64,000 nucleotides of DNA from Candidatus Kryptoniota bacterium (GCA_046705025.1 JBJKQU010000167.1:26131-90130); one strand, 5' to 3'. Counted from the first letter of the stretch, positions 10,076 to 18,343 are shown. Notes: a model not told the origin generated them from the letters alone. A program made the numbers and translations.

Positions 10076-10601
10076 TCAGCGATGTTTCCGTCTTGACGAA
10101 TTTATCAGACAGCATTTCAGCAACCTGCTCAAGATACTCCTTATCCCTTTCGTCAAAAGCGCCAAATTCTGAGCTGTCCACGTCCAGGACACCGAACAGT
10201 TCTCCGTCTTTGACCAGGGGAATTACAATTTCACTTTTAGAGTCCGAGTCGCAGAAAATATGGCCCGGGAAATCGTAAACGTTCGGAACGACCAGCGTCT
10301 TCTTTTCCGCCGCTGCCGTTCCACAAACGCCGCTTCCCGTCTTGATCCGTGTGCAAGCCACCTTCCCCTGGAAAGGTCCGAGGACAAGTTCACCCTTCTT
10401 ACTGAGATACACACCCACCCACGAGAAATGCGGCAGGGTTTGCTTGAGTGCGGCGGTAATGTTCGCTGCGTTCGCGATAAAATCCTCTTCACCGTCCATA
10501 AGCGACCTCAGTTGAGGCATGAGCTCCCTGTAGCTGGCGGATTTGCCTTCTACCGAAGATATCCTAATCTGTTCCATAAGCCTTTGCCAAACCAAACACA
10601 A
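10065..10601 (-). CDS. GAF-domain protein, free methionine-(R)-sulfoxide reductase-like
   Basis: 178-aa ORF; GAF-fold pattern with Cys-containing block ACTRIKTGSGVCGTAAAEKKTLVVPNVYDFPGHIFCDSDSKSEIVIPL, typical of fRMsr/YebR-type GAF proteins. Confidence 0.7.
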   Translation of the reverse strand: MCLVWQRLMEQIRISSVEGKSASYRELMPQLRSLMDGEEDFIANAANITAALKQTLPHFSWVGVYLSKKGELVLGPFQGKVACTRIKTGSGVCGTAAAEKKTLVVPNVYDFPGHIFCDSDSKSEIVIPLVKDGELFGVLDVDSSEFGAFDERDKEYLEQVAEMLSDKFVKTETSLNGG

Positions 10602-10722
10602 AAGTAACCATCCGTATATATTGCATCGAGCAGAAGGGTGGATATGTCATACCCGAGCTATCATTCATAGGATACCCTCATTCCAGCCCACGGCTCACTG
10701 TGGCTAAATTCCATTTTCTCCA

Positions 10723-11832
10723 TCAAACCAAAAAGGGGAGTGTTGACAATTCCGCTTCGACTTCCTTTCCGCCGACTCTCACGTGATACCGCGACCCCGG
10801 GGCGACCTGCTGCATGGAGACGTAAGCGAGAGCAATATCCTTCCCCAGCCCGGGGGACCTGACCGAACTGGTAACGACCCCGATTTCAGCCTCCGCTCCC
10901 GCAGTCGATTTCACATCGTAAACCTTCGCGCCGTGCGGCATCTTCGAATCCGATACAAGCCCGACGAGGCGCCTCCTTACCTTTTCGTTGTTTCGCAGTA
11001 ACGCAATGACTTCCTGACCGACGTAGCACCCCTTCCTATTCCCAATCGCGTCCATAATGTTCACTTCGAGGGGGTTGAAGTTCTCGTTCAGCTCATGAGG
11101 ATAAAGCGGCGTGCCGTTCTCGATTCGCAGCACCTCAAACGTCTCGAGCCCTGCCGGCAGCGCTCCAACGGCCCTCGAGCTCTCAAGAAGTAGATCCCAT
11201 ACCGCCTCAGTATCATGGGGATTTACCAGAATAATGTAGCCGCCCCCCATGGCCATGTTAGTTCTGGCCAGAAGCACGTCTTTGGGACCTACGAAGGTAC
11301 GGATGAAATTGTGTATCGGCATTTTGCTTATATCGAGGAGCGTCCTATGACTCGAATGCGCGACGCTCTTCAGAAAAGCCGCCGCGGAACTCCCGGCCAC
11401 AAAGAACATCGGGAAGTTATGCGTCACATCCTCTACCTTCACGTCCTCCGATACTATGAACTTCTCGATCCATTTCTTCACATTCTCAGAGTTGCCGGGA
11501 CTGGTCTGCAGCAACAGCCCTCCCTGCTGAGCGTATACCGTGCAGAGGTCGATGATGCGCGCCTTCTCGGTCGTGAGAAAAGTCTGTCTTCCCATCCCCG
11601 GACGCATACCATTGAGATCGTTGGTCGAAATCCTGTGAAGGAAGTCCAGCGCGTCTTTTCCAGTCAATCTCAGTTTTCCGAAATGTGATACATCGAAGAA
11701 CGCCGCGTAGCGTCTTGCCGCTGAATACTCATCCTCAAGTGAAGTATATCTTTCAGGTATGGCTGTACCGTCTGCTTGAACCATCTGTGCACCCAATCTC
11801 TTGTGGAGATCAGTCAAAGTGCTTTCTGACAT
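10723..11832 (-). CDS. folate-binding YgfZ/GcvT-family (aminomethyltransferase-like) protein
   Basis: 369-aa ORF; GcvT-fold N-terminus (FFDVSHFGKLRLTGKDALDFLHRISTNDL) and the COG0354/YgfZ motif KGCYVGQE. Confidence 0.8.
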   Translation of the reverse strand: MSESTLTDLHKRLGAQMVQADGTAIPERYTSLEDEYSAARRYAAFFDVSHFGKLRLTGKDALDFLHRISTNDLNGMRPGMGRQTFLTTEKARIIDLCTVYAQQGGLLLQTSPGNSENVKKWIEKFIVSEDVKVEDVTHNFPMFFVAGSSAAAFLKSVAHSSHRTLLDISKMPIHNFIRTFVGPKDVLLARTNMAMGGGYIILVNPHDTEAVWDLLLESSRAVGALPAGLETFEVLRIENGTPLYPHELNENFNPLEVNIMDAIGNRKGCYVGQEVIALLRNNEKVRRRLVGLVSDSKMPHGAKVYDVKSTAGAEAEIGVVTSSVRSPGLGKDIALAYVSMQQVAPGSRYHVRVGGKEVEAELSTLPFLV

Positions 11833-12015
11833 CTCTAACTCCTCTGATTACAGATAAATATATAATCGCCTAATTTCCGAATCAATGAAACACACGAACA
11901 GACGGTCCCCCCGGGCTTCCGTGCTCCAGGAGTCAGTGAAACCTTTTGTGGGATTCTCCAACCGCCATGTCGTTTAATCCGGCATCTAGAGTAAGACGAC
12001 TCACCATCCCGGCAT

Positions 12016-12044
12016 GGCACAAAAAATCGTATCTCTTTTGTGCC
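12016..12044 (+). promoter_or_regulatory. perfect 9-bp inverted repeat GGCACAAAA-N11-TTTTGTGCC (candidate enhancer-binding-protein site)
   Basis: Read directly: arms at 12016-12024 and 12036-12044. Located about 40-70 bp upstream of the sigma-54-like element and about 120 bp upstream of the operon start. Confidence 0.35.
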
Positions 12045-12084
12045 CGGCACGTTACGCGGTCCGCCACCGGCATCGCCATCTTCA

Positions 12085-12099
12085 TGGCACAGAGGTTGT
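12085..12099 (+). promoter_or_regulatory. candidate sigma-54 (-24/-12) promoter TGGCAC-N5-TTGT
   Basis: TGGCACAGAGGTTGT has correct -24 TGGCAC and N5 spacing. The -12 element is TTGT instead of consensus TTGC. It lies 66 bp before the ATG at 12165, and a sigma-54 activator is encoded nearby. Confidence 0.35.
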
Positions 12100-12164
12100 G
12101 CTTACTGCTCCGGAATGACAATTGACAGACAAAATGTCGGAAAGTTCAACTAGAGAGGTATGCG

Positions 12165-12443
12165 ATGTTTACTTATGATCAAGTATTTTGGCTGAACGTA
12201 ACGAACCTTGTCCTTGGCTTGGTTACTCTTGCGTGCGTGCTGGTCATCGGTTATGCCGCGTTTAAAGAAATAAGAGAGCGATCAAGAGCGAAAGCTTCGG
12301 CAGCGGCAGCCGTGGACGACCATGCGTTTGTCGTCAACGGTCTCGGGGTCACGATGGCTGATGGCGGCGAGAAGGTGGACGATGACGAGATGCTGGTCGT
12401 CACCGAAGACGGAATCGAGAAATCCACCAGGAAACGGGGCTAA
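12165..12443 (+). CDS. small single-pass membrane protein with cytoplasmic ADGG-motif tail (operon gene 1)
   Basis: 92-aa ORF; one TM helix (VFWLNVTNLVLGLVTLACVLVIGYAAF) followed by a basic flank (KEIRERSRAK), then GLGVTMADGGEKVDDDE; AGAGAGG upstream of the ATG. Confidence 0.6.
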   Translation: MFTYDQVFWLNVTNLVLGLVTLACVLVIGYAAFKEIRERSRAKASAAAAVDDHAFVVNGLGVTMADGGEKVDDDEMLVVTEDGIEKSTRKRG

Positions 12444-12462
12444 ACGGGATGACCGCCAAGCC

Positions 12463-13470
12463 ATGGAGAACAGCAATGGGGAGATCGAAAGAGGATACGC
12501 CGTGAGATGCCCTTTCCTGAGAGAAGCCCAGGTGAAGTATTGCTGCGCGTCGGAATTCAAAAAAATGATTGTGCGCGGCCAGGGGGACGAAAACGCCGGG
12601 AGATGTTTTTCGCCGGACTACGTTTCCTGTCCCGCGGCAAAGCAGCATCATGAAGACATTCCAAGCCGATCTCATTGCCCTTTTCTTCAGGAATCTCTGG
12701 TCCAGTACTGTGCGGCAGCTTCCGTCTCGAAATATATACCTTACAGCTCGCCCAGTCTTTCAAGATGCGGGAACACCGACCACCGCTACTGCGAACTATT
12801 TCTCACCATGCAGAACCCTGCCCACCTTGCATCGCACGGTTTAAACGGGCCGGATGAGAAATCGGATGTCAGCGGTAGCGGCGCCTGGATAGTGGACGGA
12901 GTCCTTACAGCGGGATGGCTTTACTATTCCGGAAACCATATGTGGGCGGATATCGACAAGGAAGGCCACTGCCACATAGGGCTCGATGCGTTTTTCACAA
13001 GAATCATGGGCAATCTCGAGCGGCTCGCCTTCGTCGTGACTGCCGGAGAACGCCATCCGGCCGTGTCGGTAACCGTAAACGGAACGGAGCTGCAGATGAT
13101 CTTCCCGAACAGAATAACCGTCTCGTCCGTCAATTCGCATCTTCGTGCCGAACCGAACAGGGTGATTACTGACCCGTATACTTTCGGATGGCTGTTCGAG
13201 GGAACGATGCCAAAAGAGTCGCGGGCGGCCCGCAATGGAGAAGGAGAGGGGTTATTTCACGGCGAGAGCGTCCGCCGGTGGATGCAAAGCGAGACGAAAC
13301 GGATGACGGAGTTTGTACACAACAGGTTGGTGGCGACCGAAGATGACGGTCTTCGCTCTATGGCCGATGGCGGAATGTTCATCGAGCAACTCGCGAAACA
13401 CCTGACCAGGGAAGAGATCCTGCTTCTAAACAACGACTTCTTTTCAATTTGGCCAAGGCGGATAAGCTAG
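12463..13470 (+). CDS. cytoplasmic protein: two tandem 4-Cys modules plus GcvH-fold domain lacking the lipoyl lysine (operon gene 2)
   Basis: Start set at Met48 of the 382-aa ORF (the earlier part overlaps gene 1). Contains repeated CPFL[RQ]E..V.YC...C...C modules. Residues ~150-248 align to the GcvH core (NHMWADIDKEGHCHIGLDAFF ... DPYTFGWLFEG) and contain no Lys at the lipoylation position. Confidence 0.75.
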   Translation: MENSNGEIERGYAVRCPFLREAQVKYCCASEFKKMIVRGQGDENAGRCFSPDYVSCPAAKQHHEDIPSRSHCPFLQESLVQYCAAASVSKYIPYSSPSLSRCGNTDHRYCELFLTMQNPAHLASHGLNGPDEKSDVSGSGAWIVDGVLTAGWLYYSGNHMWADIDKEGHCHIGLDAFFTRIMGNLERLAFVVTAGERHPAVSVTVNGTELQMIFPNRITVSSVNSHLRAEPNRVITDPYTFGWLFEGTMPKESRAARNGEGEGLFHGESVRRWMQSETKRMTEFVHNRLVATEDDGLRSMADGGMFIEQLAKHLTREEILLLNNDFFSIWPRRIS

Positions 13471-13482
13471 GAGAAAGCATCG

Positions 13483-14067
13483 ATGAAAAGCGGCTGGAAA
13501 CACTTCTACACAGGGATCGGTGCAGCTTTAGTTTTCGGGTGGCTGATATTCCCGCACATAATCTACAGGTCGGTCTACCAGCCGGTCCAGTTCAGCCATG
13601 TCGCCCACACAGGCGACAATGTCAGAATGACTTGCGGCGACTGCCATGCTTTTGAAAAGGATGGACGGTTTCTCGGGATACCGGCAACACAAAAGTGCGC
13701 CGGCTGTCACGCCGAAACAATGGGAGTCTCCAAAGAAGAAGAGCGGATAGTGGAAGAGTATATAAAGCCAGGAAAGGAAATCCCTTGGGTGGTATACTCG
13801 CGACAGCCGGAGAATGTCTACTTCTCTCACGCGACTCACGTGAAGCTCGCTGGCATCGAGTGTCAGAGCTGCCACTTCGGTCACGCATACACCCGAAATC
13901 TGAGACCTGCCCGGTTCGACCGTTTGAGCGGCTACAGCCTCGACGTGTTGGGTAAGAGTCTCTTCAATTCACCGTCGACACAGTCACGAGGGATGAGGAT
14001 GGACGATTGCGTCAACTGTCACCGGCAACGCGGCGTCAAAGAGAGCTGCATTGAGTGTCATAAGTAG
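13483..14067 (+). CDS. membrane-anchored pentahaem c-type cytochrome (ActA/QrcA-like)
   Basis: 194-aa ORF; N-terminal hydrophobic anchor; five CxxCH motifs (CGDCH, CAGCH, CQSCH, CVNCH, CIECH); class-III-like FSHxxH contexts. Confidence 0.9.
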   Translation: MKSGWKHFYTGIGAALVFGWLIFPHIIYRSVYQPVQFSHVAHTGDNVRMTCGDCHAFEKDGRFLGIPATQKCAGCHAETMGVSKEEERIVEEYIKPGKEIPWVVYSRQPENVYFSHATHVKLAGIECQSCHFGHAYTRNLRPARFDRLSGYSLDVLGKSLFNSPSTQSRGMRMDDCVNCHRQRGVKESCIECHK

Positions 14068-14076
14068 GAGATATCA

Positions 14077-16296
14077 ATGGGAAATGGAATCACACGCCGC
14101 AGCTGGCTAAAGCTTGTCGGAGGATCGGCAGTCGGGCTTATGCTTACCCCAATCCCCTGGCGGGTGCTGGACGATTCGGCGAAGTGGACGCAGAGTCCCT
14201 CTTATCCGGGCAGCGCTTTCAGAGAGCCGATCGCCACAAGCGAACGCGAGAACTTCAGGTATACCACGTGCACACTATGCCCGATGTCGTGCGGCATCAG
14301 GGTGAGATGTATCGACAACCGACCTGTAGGCCTGTACGGAATTCCGAACCACCCGATCAGCGGGGGTGCCCTCTGCGCGATGGGTCTCGGCGCGCACCTT
14401 CTTCCGTTCCACCCATCGCGCCTCCTGCAGCCCTACAAGCGCTTTAAAGAGAGAGGCGAGTTCCGAACTGTCCCGTACTCGTTTGAAGGTGTGATGAAGG
14501 AAGTCTGCGAGGCAGTCTCCGCGGCTCGTGACAGTGGAGACGGCTTGGTCGCCGTTCTCGACATGTGTCCGGAAAGGTCTATTTCTTCCGTCTACAGGCA
14601 TTTTCTGGCTAGAATGCGGAACGGAGTCTACGTTAATCCTCCGTCCACGGAGGGATTGCCCCCGAATGCTGTCCGGAAAGGATTGGGGCATGACGAGTCT
14701 TTCGGCTTCGACGTCAGGAACACGCGGACAATCCTGAGTTTCGGAACGCCGGTTCTTGACGGCTGGGGAACACTTGAACAGTGTCGGGGTATCGCCGACA
14801 GGCGCGCCGGAAAGGGTGGCGAACGGTTGAAGATAATCCAGGTAGATCCTGTCCACTCCCGGACCGCGCGGCTTGCCGACGAATGGATACCCGACAGGCC
14901 GGGGACCGAGGCGGCTTTCGCGCTTGCGCTCGCGAATGTGATAATAAAGGAAGAGATGTGCGACATCAGGAGGCTGAATGAGATTTCCCGTGATTTCGAC
15001 GGTGCCTCCGGATGCTCGTTCATCGGCCTGGCAGAGAGATTCCCGGCCGAAGCCGTTTCCGGACAGACAGGCATTCAGGCCGACCGGATCGTCCAAACTG
15101 CAAGGGACATTGCCCGAAGGAAGCCTTCGGTGGTGATCTTCGGCGGCAATCCCGGCGCCGGCCCGTTCAGCGCCGAAGAGCAGACCATCTTCATGGACTT
15201 GAATATGCTTCTCGGCGCGGTCGGTACAAGAGGAGGACTGGTCAGACGGAACAGGCTGCCGGATCCGTTCGGCCAGAAAGCTGAACTCGCGCCCGCGATT
15301 CCTATAAGCGAGGTGCCGGACCATTCGGTCAGGGTCCTGATTATTGACGGCGCAGATTCGGGAGACGCGCTTCCCTGGCCTTTGCTGCGGCAGAAACTTT
15401 CGTCCGACCGCCCGGTTGTTGTAAGCCTTTCGCCACACCTCACGGAAATGGCGCGGCATGCCGATTACATCATTCCGGGTCCGACGAGCGTCGAGTCCAG
15501 CGACGACCGTGTGACTCCACCGGGTGCGGCTGCGGCGTCTTACGCCATTTGCAGTCCGCTCACTCCGGTTCCAAAGAAGGTCGTCGAGCCGCTCGATTTC
15601 CTGAAAGGGATCGCAACTTCATTGGGTTCAGACTTCGACAAGAATTTCAAGTCTGTCAATTTGTCCGCGCTCCTGAAGAACCGAATAGAAGTTATTTACC
15701 GACAGCAGCGAGGAATTGTGTTCGACGCAGCCGGCGCCGAGACAACAAGGCTCGCGTCGATCGGATCGCCCGACCGCTTGATGGATATTCTGTCGAATGG
15801 CGGATGCTGGGTTGACGATTCGGCGGGCGACCGTTACCCCCGGCAATATTCATTTCTCGGCGGGTCTCGTGAAAACTTCGGACGCCTGCTGGCAGCCGCG
15901 GGCAGAGACCGTGCCAGTTCTGAAACGGTACTAATCCCGCACGGCAGGAGGGGGGCACAGTCGAGCGGCCAAACACATCCCGAAATGACCAAGCTCTACC
16001 GCGAATCCGAGCTGCAAGAACCGGCAAACGTGGCTACAGTTAATCCGTCAAGCGGCAAGCATCTGAATTTGAATGACGGCGGCAAGGCAGTCCTCGAAAC
16101 TGAATCGGGTAAAGCCGAGGTCAAAGTCAGGTTCGATGCGGCGCTTCTGCCGGGAGTGGTGGAAGTATCCGTCGGACCCTCATCTGACGCTTTCGACCGC
16201 GCGGAAGCGTTCAGCGACAGAAGCATTCTGGAGATATGCAAAATAGAGAGCGATTCAACATGGCGAACAACAAAAGTGAAAATTACACCGGCGTAA
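14077..16296 (+). CDS. Tat-exported molybdopterin-oxidoreductase-family large subunit (ActB1/QrcB/PsrA-like)
   Basis: 739-aa ORF; twin-arginine leader (GITRRSWLKLVGG); FS0-type motif CTLCPMSCGIRVRC...GGALCAMG; MopB blocks (LKIIQVDPVHSRTARLADEWIPDRPGTEAAFALALANVII; C-terminal barrel ATVNPSSGKHLNLNDGGKAVLETESGKAEVKV). Confidence 0.9.
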   Translation: MGNGITRRSWLKLVGGSAVGLMLTPIPWRVLDDSAKWTQSPSYPGSAFREPIATSERENFRYTTCTLCPMSCGIRVRCIDNRPVGLYGIPNHPISGGALCAMGLGAHLLPFHPSRLLQPYKRFKERGEFRTVPYSFEGVMKEVCEAVSAARDSGDGLVAVLDMCPERSISSVYRHFLARMRNGVYVNPPSTEGLPPNAVRKGLGHDESFGFDVRNTRTILSFGTPVLDGWGTLEQCRGIADRRAGKGGERLKIIQVDPVHSRTARLADEWIPDRPGTEAAFALALANVIIKEEMCDIRRLNEISRDFDGASGCSFIGLAERFPAEAVSGQTGIQADRIVQTARDIARRKPSVVIFGGNPGAGPFSAEEQTIFMDLNMLLGAVGTRGGLVRRNRLPDPFGQKAELAPAIPISEVPDHSVRVLIIDGADSGDALPWPLLRQKLSSDRPVVVSLSPHLTEMARHADYIIPGPTSVESSDDRVTPPGAAAASYAICSPLTPVPKKVVEPLDFLKGIATSLGSDFDKNFKSVNLSALLKNRIEVIYRQQRGIVFDAAGAETTRLASIGSPDRLMDILSNGGCWVDDSAGDRYPRQYSFLGGSRENFGRLLAAAGRDRASSETVLIPHGRRGAQSSGQTHPEMTKLYRESELQEPANVATVNPSSGKHLNLNDGGKAVLETESGKAEVKVRFDAALLPGVVEVSVGPSSDAFDRAEAFSDRSILEICKIESDSTWRTTKVKITPA

Positions 16297-17072
16297 GTAA
16301 AGCCGGGCCGAAATACAAGAGGGCTATGTACGGAATGGTCATTGATATCGACCGATGCACCGGATGCGGCGCCTGCATGGTCGCCTGCGCGATTGAGAAT
16401 AACGTGCCTCCCGGCGCTCCCGCGTCGAATGAAAAAACGGGGATAACCCTACTGCGCATTGACGAGGCCGACAACGGGCTCCCTTTTCCCGACAGCAAAT
16501 CGGTCTTCTTTCCGATTTCATGTCAGCAATGCGAGCATCACACCCCGTGCGTGTCGGTTTGCCCGCAGAAGGCAGTCGAGCTCGATCCCGAAACCGGGAT
16601 TGTCGGACAGATACCTGCCAGGTGCCTCGGCTGCCGCTACTGCATGGTGGCCTGCCCATATCACGCGCGCTATTTCAACTGGCGTGACCCCGAATGGCCT
16701 GTCGGAATGGAACAGACTCTGAACCCGGACGTTTCGCCCCGGATGAGAGGGGTGGTAGAGAAATGCAACTTCTGCGCCCACCGCCTCCAGGCTGCCCGCG
16801 CAAAGGCGGCAATGCAGGGAAAGAGGGAGATAGATCCCGCGGACTACATTCCCGCATGCGTGGAGGCCTGCCCGACAAACGCGATGACGTTCGGAGACCT
16901 CCTCGATGAGGACTCGGAAGTGTACAGGATCTCAAAGGACAAGAACAGCTTCCGGCTGCTGGAGAATCTCGGCACCGCACCGAAAGTGTATTATCACTCG
17001 GAGCGCGAGTGGGTCAGGAAATTCGCTGAGAGTGAAGCCGCAGAAGGCAGGAAGAATGGAATTGGGAAATGA
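16260..17072 (+). CDS. 4x[4Fe-4S] ferredoxin-type subunit (PsrB/NrfC/ActB2/QrcC-like)
   Basis: Cys clusters CTGCGACMVAC, CQQCEHHTPCVSVCP, CLGCRYCMVACP, CNFCAHR..CVEACP. Start is ambiguous (ATG at 16236, 16260 or 16326); 16260 chosen, giving a 37-nt overlap with the preceding gene. Confidence 0.88.
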   Translation: MANNKSENYTGVSKAGPKYKRAMYGMVIDIDRCTGCGACMVACAIENNVPPGAPASNEKTGITLLRIDEADNGLPFPDSKSVFFPISCQQCEHHTPCVSVCPQKAVELDPETGIVGQIPARCLGCRYCMVACPYHARYFNWRDPEWPVGMEQTLNPDVSPRMRGVVEKCNFCAHRLQAARAKAAMQGKREIDPADYIPACVEACPTNAMTFGDLLDEDSEVYRISKDKNSFRLLENLGTAPKVYYHSEREWVRKFAESEAAEGRKNGIGK

Positions 17073-18343
17073 TGGAAAACGAAATGCTTGCACATACCAG
17101 GCGATGGTCTGCGGATAAACGCCTGATCGCCCGCGGAGTAAAACGGGCTTCCTTCGGGAAGTTCGCGGCTTGGATTGCCCCGTGGACTGCTCTCCTAATC
17201 TTCGGCCTTTACGCGATCTATCTTGTGCTCGCGAAGGGACTGAACCAGACGAACATGGACAACCGGTTCGCGTTCGGCTTATGGATATTTCTCGACCTGT
17301 CCGTCATAGCGCTGGGAGCCAGCGCATTCTTCACCGGTTTTCTCGTATATATTCTGAAGAAACACGAATTACGGGAGGTCATAAACAGCGCTGTCGTCCT
17401 CGGATTCATCTGCTACAGCGGAGCGATTCTCGTGCTGATGATCGACATCGGGCAGCCGCTCAGGGCATGGTTCACATTCTGGTATCCGAATGTCCACTCG
17501 ATGCTGACGGAGGTGACTTTTTGCATCACCTGCTACCTGACGGTGCTGGCAATCGAATACGCGCCGATGGTGCTCAAGAACAAGAAGCTGAAGGAAATCC
17601 CGTCGTTTCTCGTCTTTGAATTTGAGCTTCACAAAGTAATGCCGATACTCGCGGGCGTCGGTACATTCCTTTCTTTCTTTCACCAGGGATCGCTCGGCGG
17701 TCTGTACGGCGTCCTCCAGGGCCGCCCGTTCGCCTTCCGCGAAGGATTCGCGATATGGCCGACCACATTCTTCCTGTTCATCTTGTCCGCAGCCGCCGCG
17801 GGACCCAGCTTCGTTATGATAACCACGTGGCTCGTCTCGAAGCTGAGCAGGAAGCGGCTCGTCAGCGACAACGTTTACAGGCTCCTTGCGAAGATCTCGG
17901 GCACGATTCTGATATTCTACGTACTGCTGAAGTCGATCGATACGCTGACCTGGCTGAATCGAACTGCGCCCGAATTCGGGCTCTCCGGGATGAGTTTCTT
18001 CCTGTGGGCGCCGTTCAACGTGTGGATAATCTTTATTGAGATAGTCGTGTTCGGGCTCCTTCCGGCCCTGCTTCTCATAGCCGGCAGCAAGTCATTCGGG
18101 ACCGGCTGGCTCTTCATGTCGGCGGCTCTGGTGTGCTGCGGCATTCTCCTCAACCGGTTTGTCATGACCATACAAACTCTCGCTTTACCGACACTGCCGT
18201 TCGACAAGTTCATGCTATATTCGCCGAGCTGGCAGGAGGTGGCGGCGTTCCTGTTCGTAGTCGCATACGGGGTTCTTATATATTCCATCTCCTTCAGATA
18301 CCTTGGTCTCTTCCCCCAGGAACAGGAGCTCAACCAGAGATGA
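17069..18343 (+). CDS. NrfD/PsrC-family integral membrane quinone-interacting subunit (~10 TM, ActC/QrcD/DsrP size class)
   Basis: 424-aa ORF with about 10 hydrophobic helices counted by eye; 4-nt overlap with the FeS gene; follows the canonical MopB-FeS-NrfD order. Confidence 0.88.
   Translation: MMENEMLAHTRRWSADKRLIARGVKRASFGKFAAWIAPWTALLIFGLYAIYLVLAKGLNQTNMDNRFAFGLWIFLDLSVIALGASAFFTGFLVYILKKHELREVINSAVVLGFICYSGAILVLMIDIGQPLRAWFTFWYPNVHSMLTEVTFCITCYLTVLAIEYAPMVLKNKKLKEIPSFLVFEFELHKVMPILAGVGTFLSFFHQGSLGGLYGVLQGRPFAFREGFAIWPTTFFLFILSAAAAGPSFVMITTWLVSKLSRKRLVSDNVYRLLAKISGTILIFYVLLKSIDTLTWLNRTAPEFGLSGMSFFLWAPFNVWIIFIEIVVFGLLPALLLIAGSKSFGTGWLFMSAALVCCGILLNRFVMTIQTLALPTLPFDKFMLYSPSWQEVAAFLFVVAYGVLIYSISFRYLGLFPQEQELNQR

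Noticed and set aside
11833-12000. Possible glycine riboswitch upstream of the GcvT-family gene (minus strand)
   Set aside because: The reverse complement has GGAGAAT and CTCCTGGAGCACGGAAGCCC. It lacks the conserved ACCGAAGGGGCAA and CTCAGGCAAAAGGAC cores. The gene also looks like YgfZ rather than a true glycine-cleavage T protein.
12322-12462. Upstream extension of the Cys-rich GcvH-fold gene (track start 12322)
   Set aside because: It overlaps gene 1 in another frame and encodes an Arg/Trp-rich nonsense-like peptide. An ATG at 12463, 19 nt after the gene 1 stop, gives a sensible start.
14275-15459. 394-aa minus-strand ORF. The same class includes 30400-31242, 36566-37399, 38579-39190, 60734-61513, 61896-63002, 3119-4048, 4647-5435, 43630-44205 and 27514-28101.
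   Set aside because: All lie antisense to, or out of frame with, genes that carry unmistakable family motifs. Their translations are Arg/Pro/Ser/Gly-rich low-complexity strings with no recognisable domains. This is typical of shadow ORFs in moderately GC-rich coding DNA.
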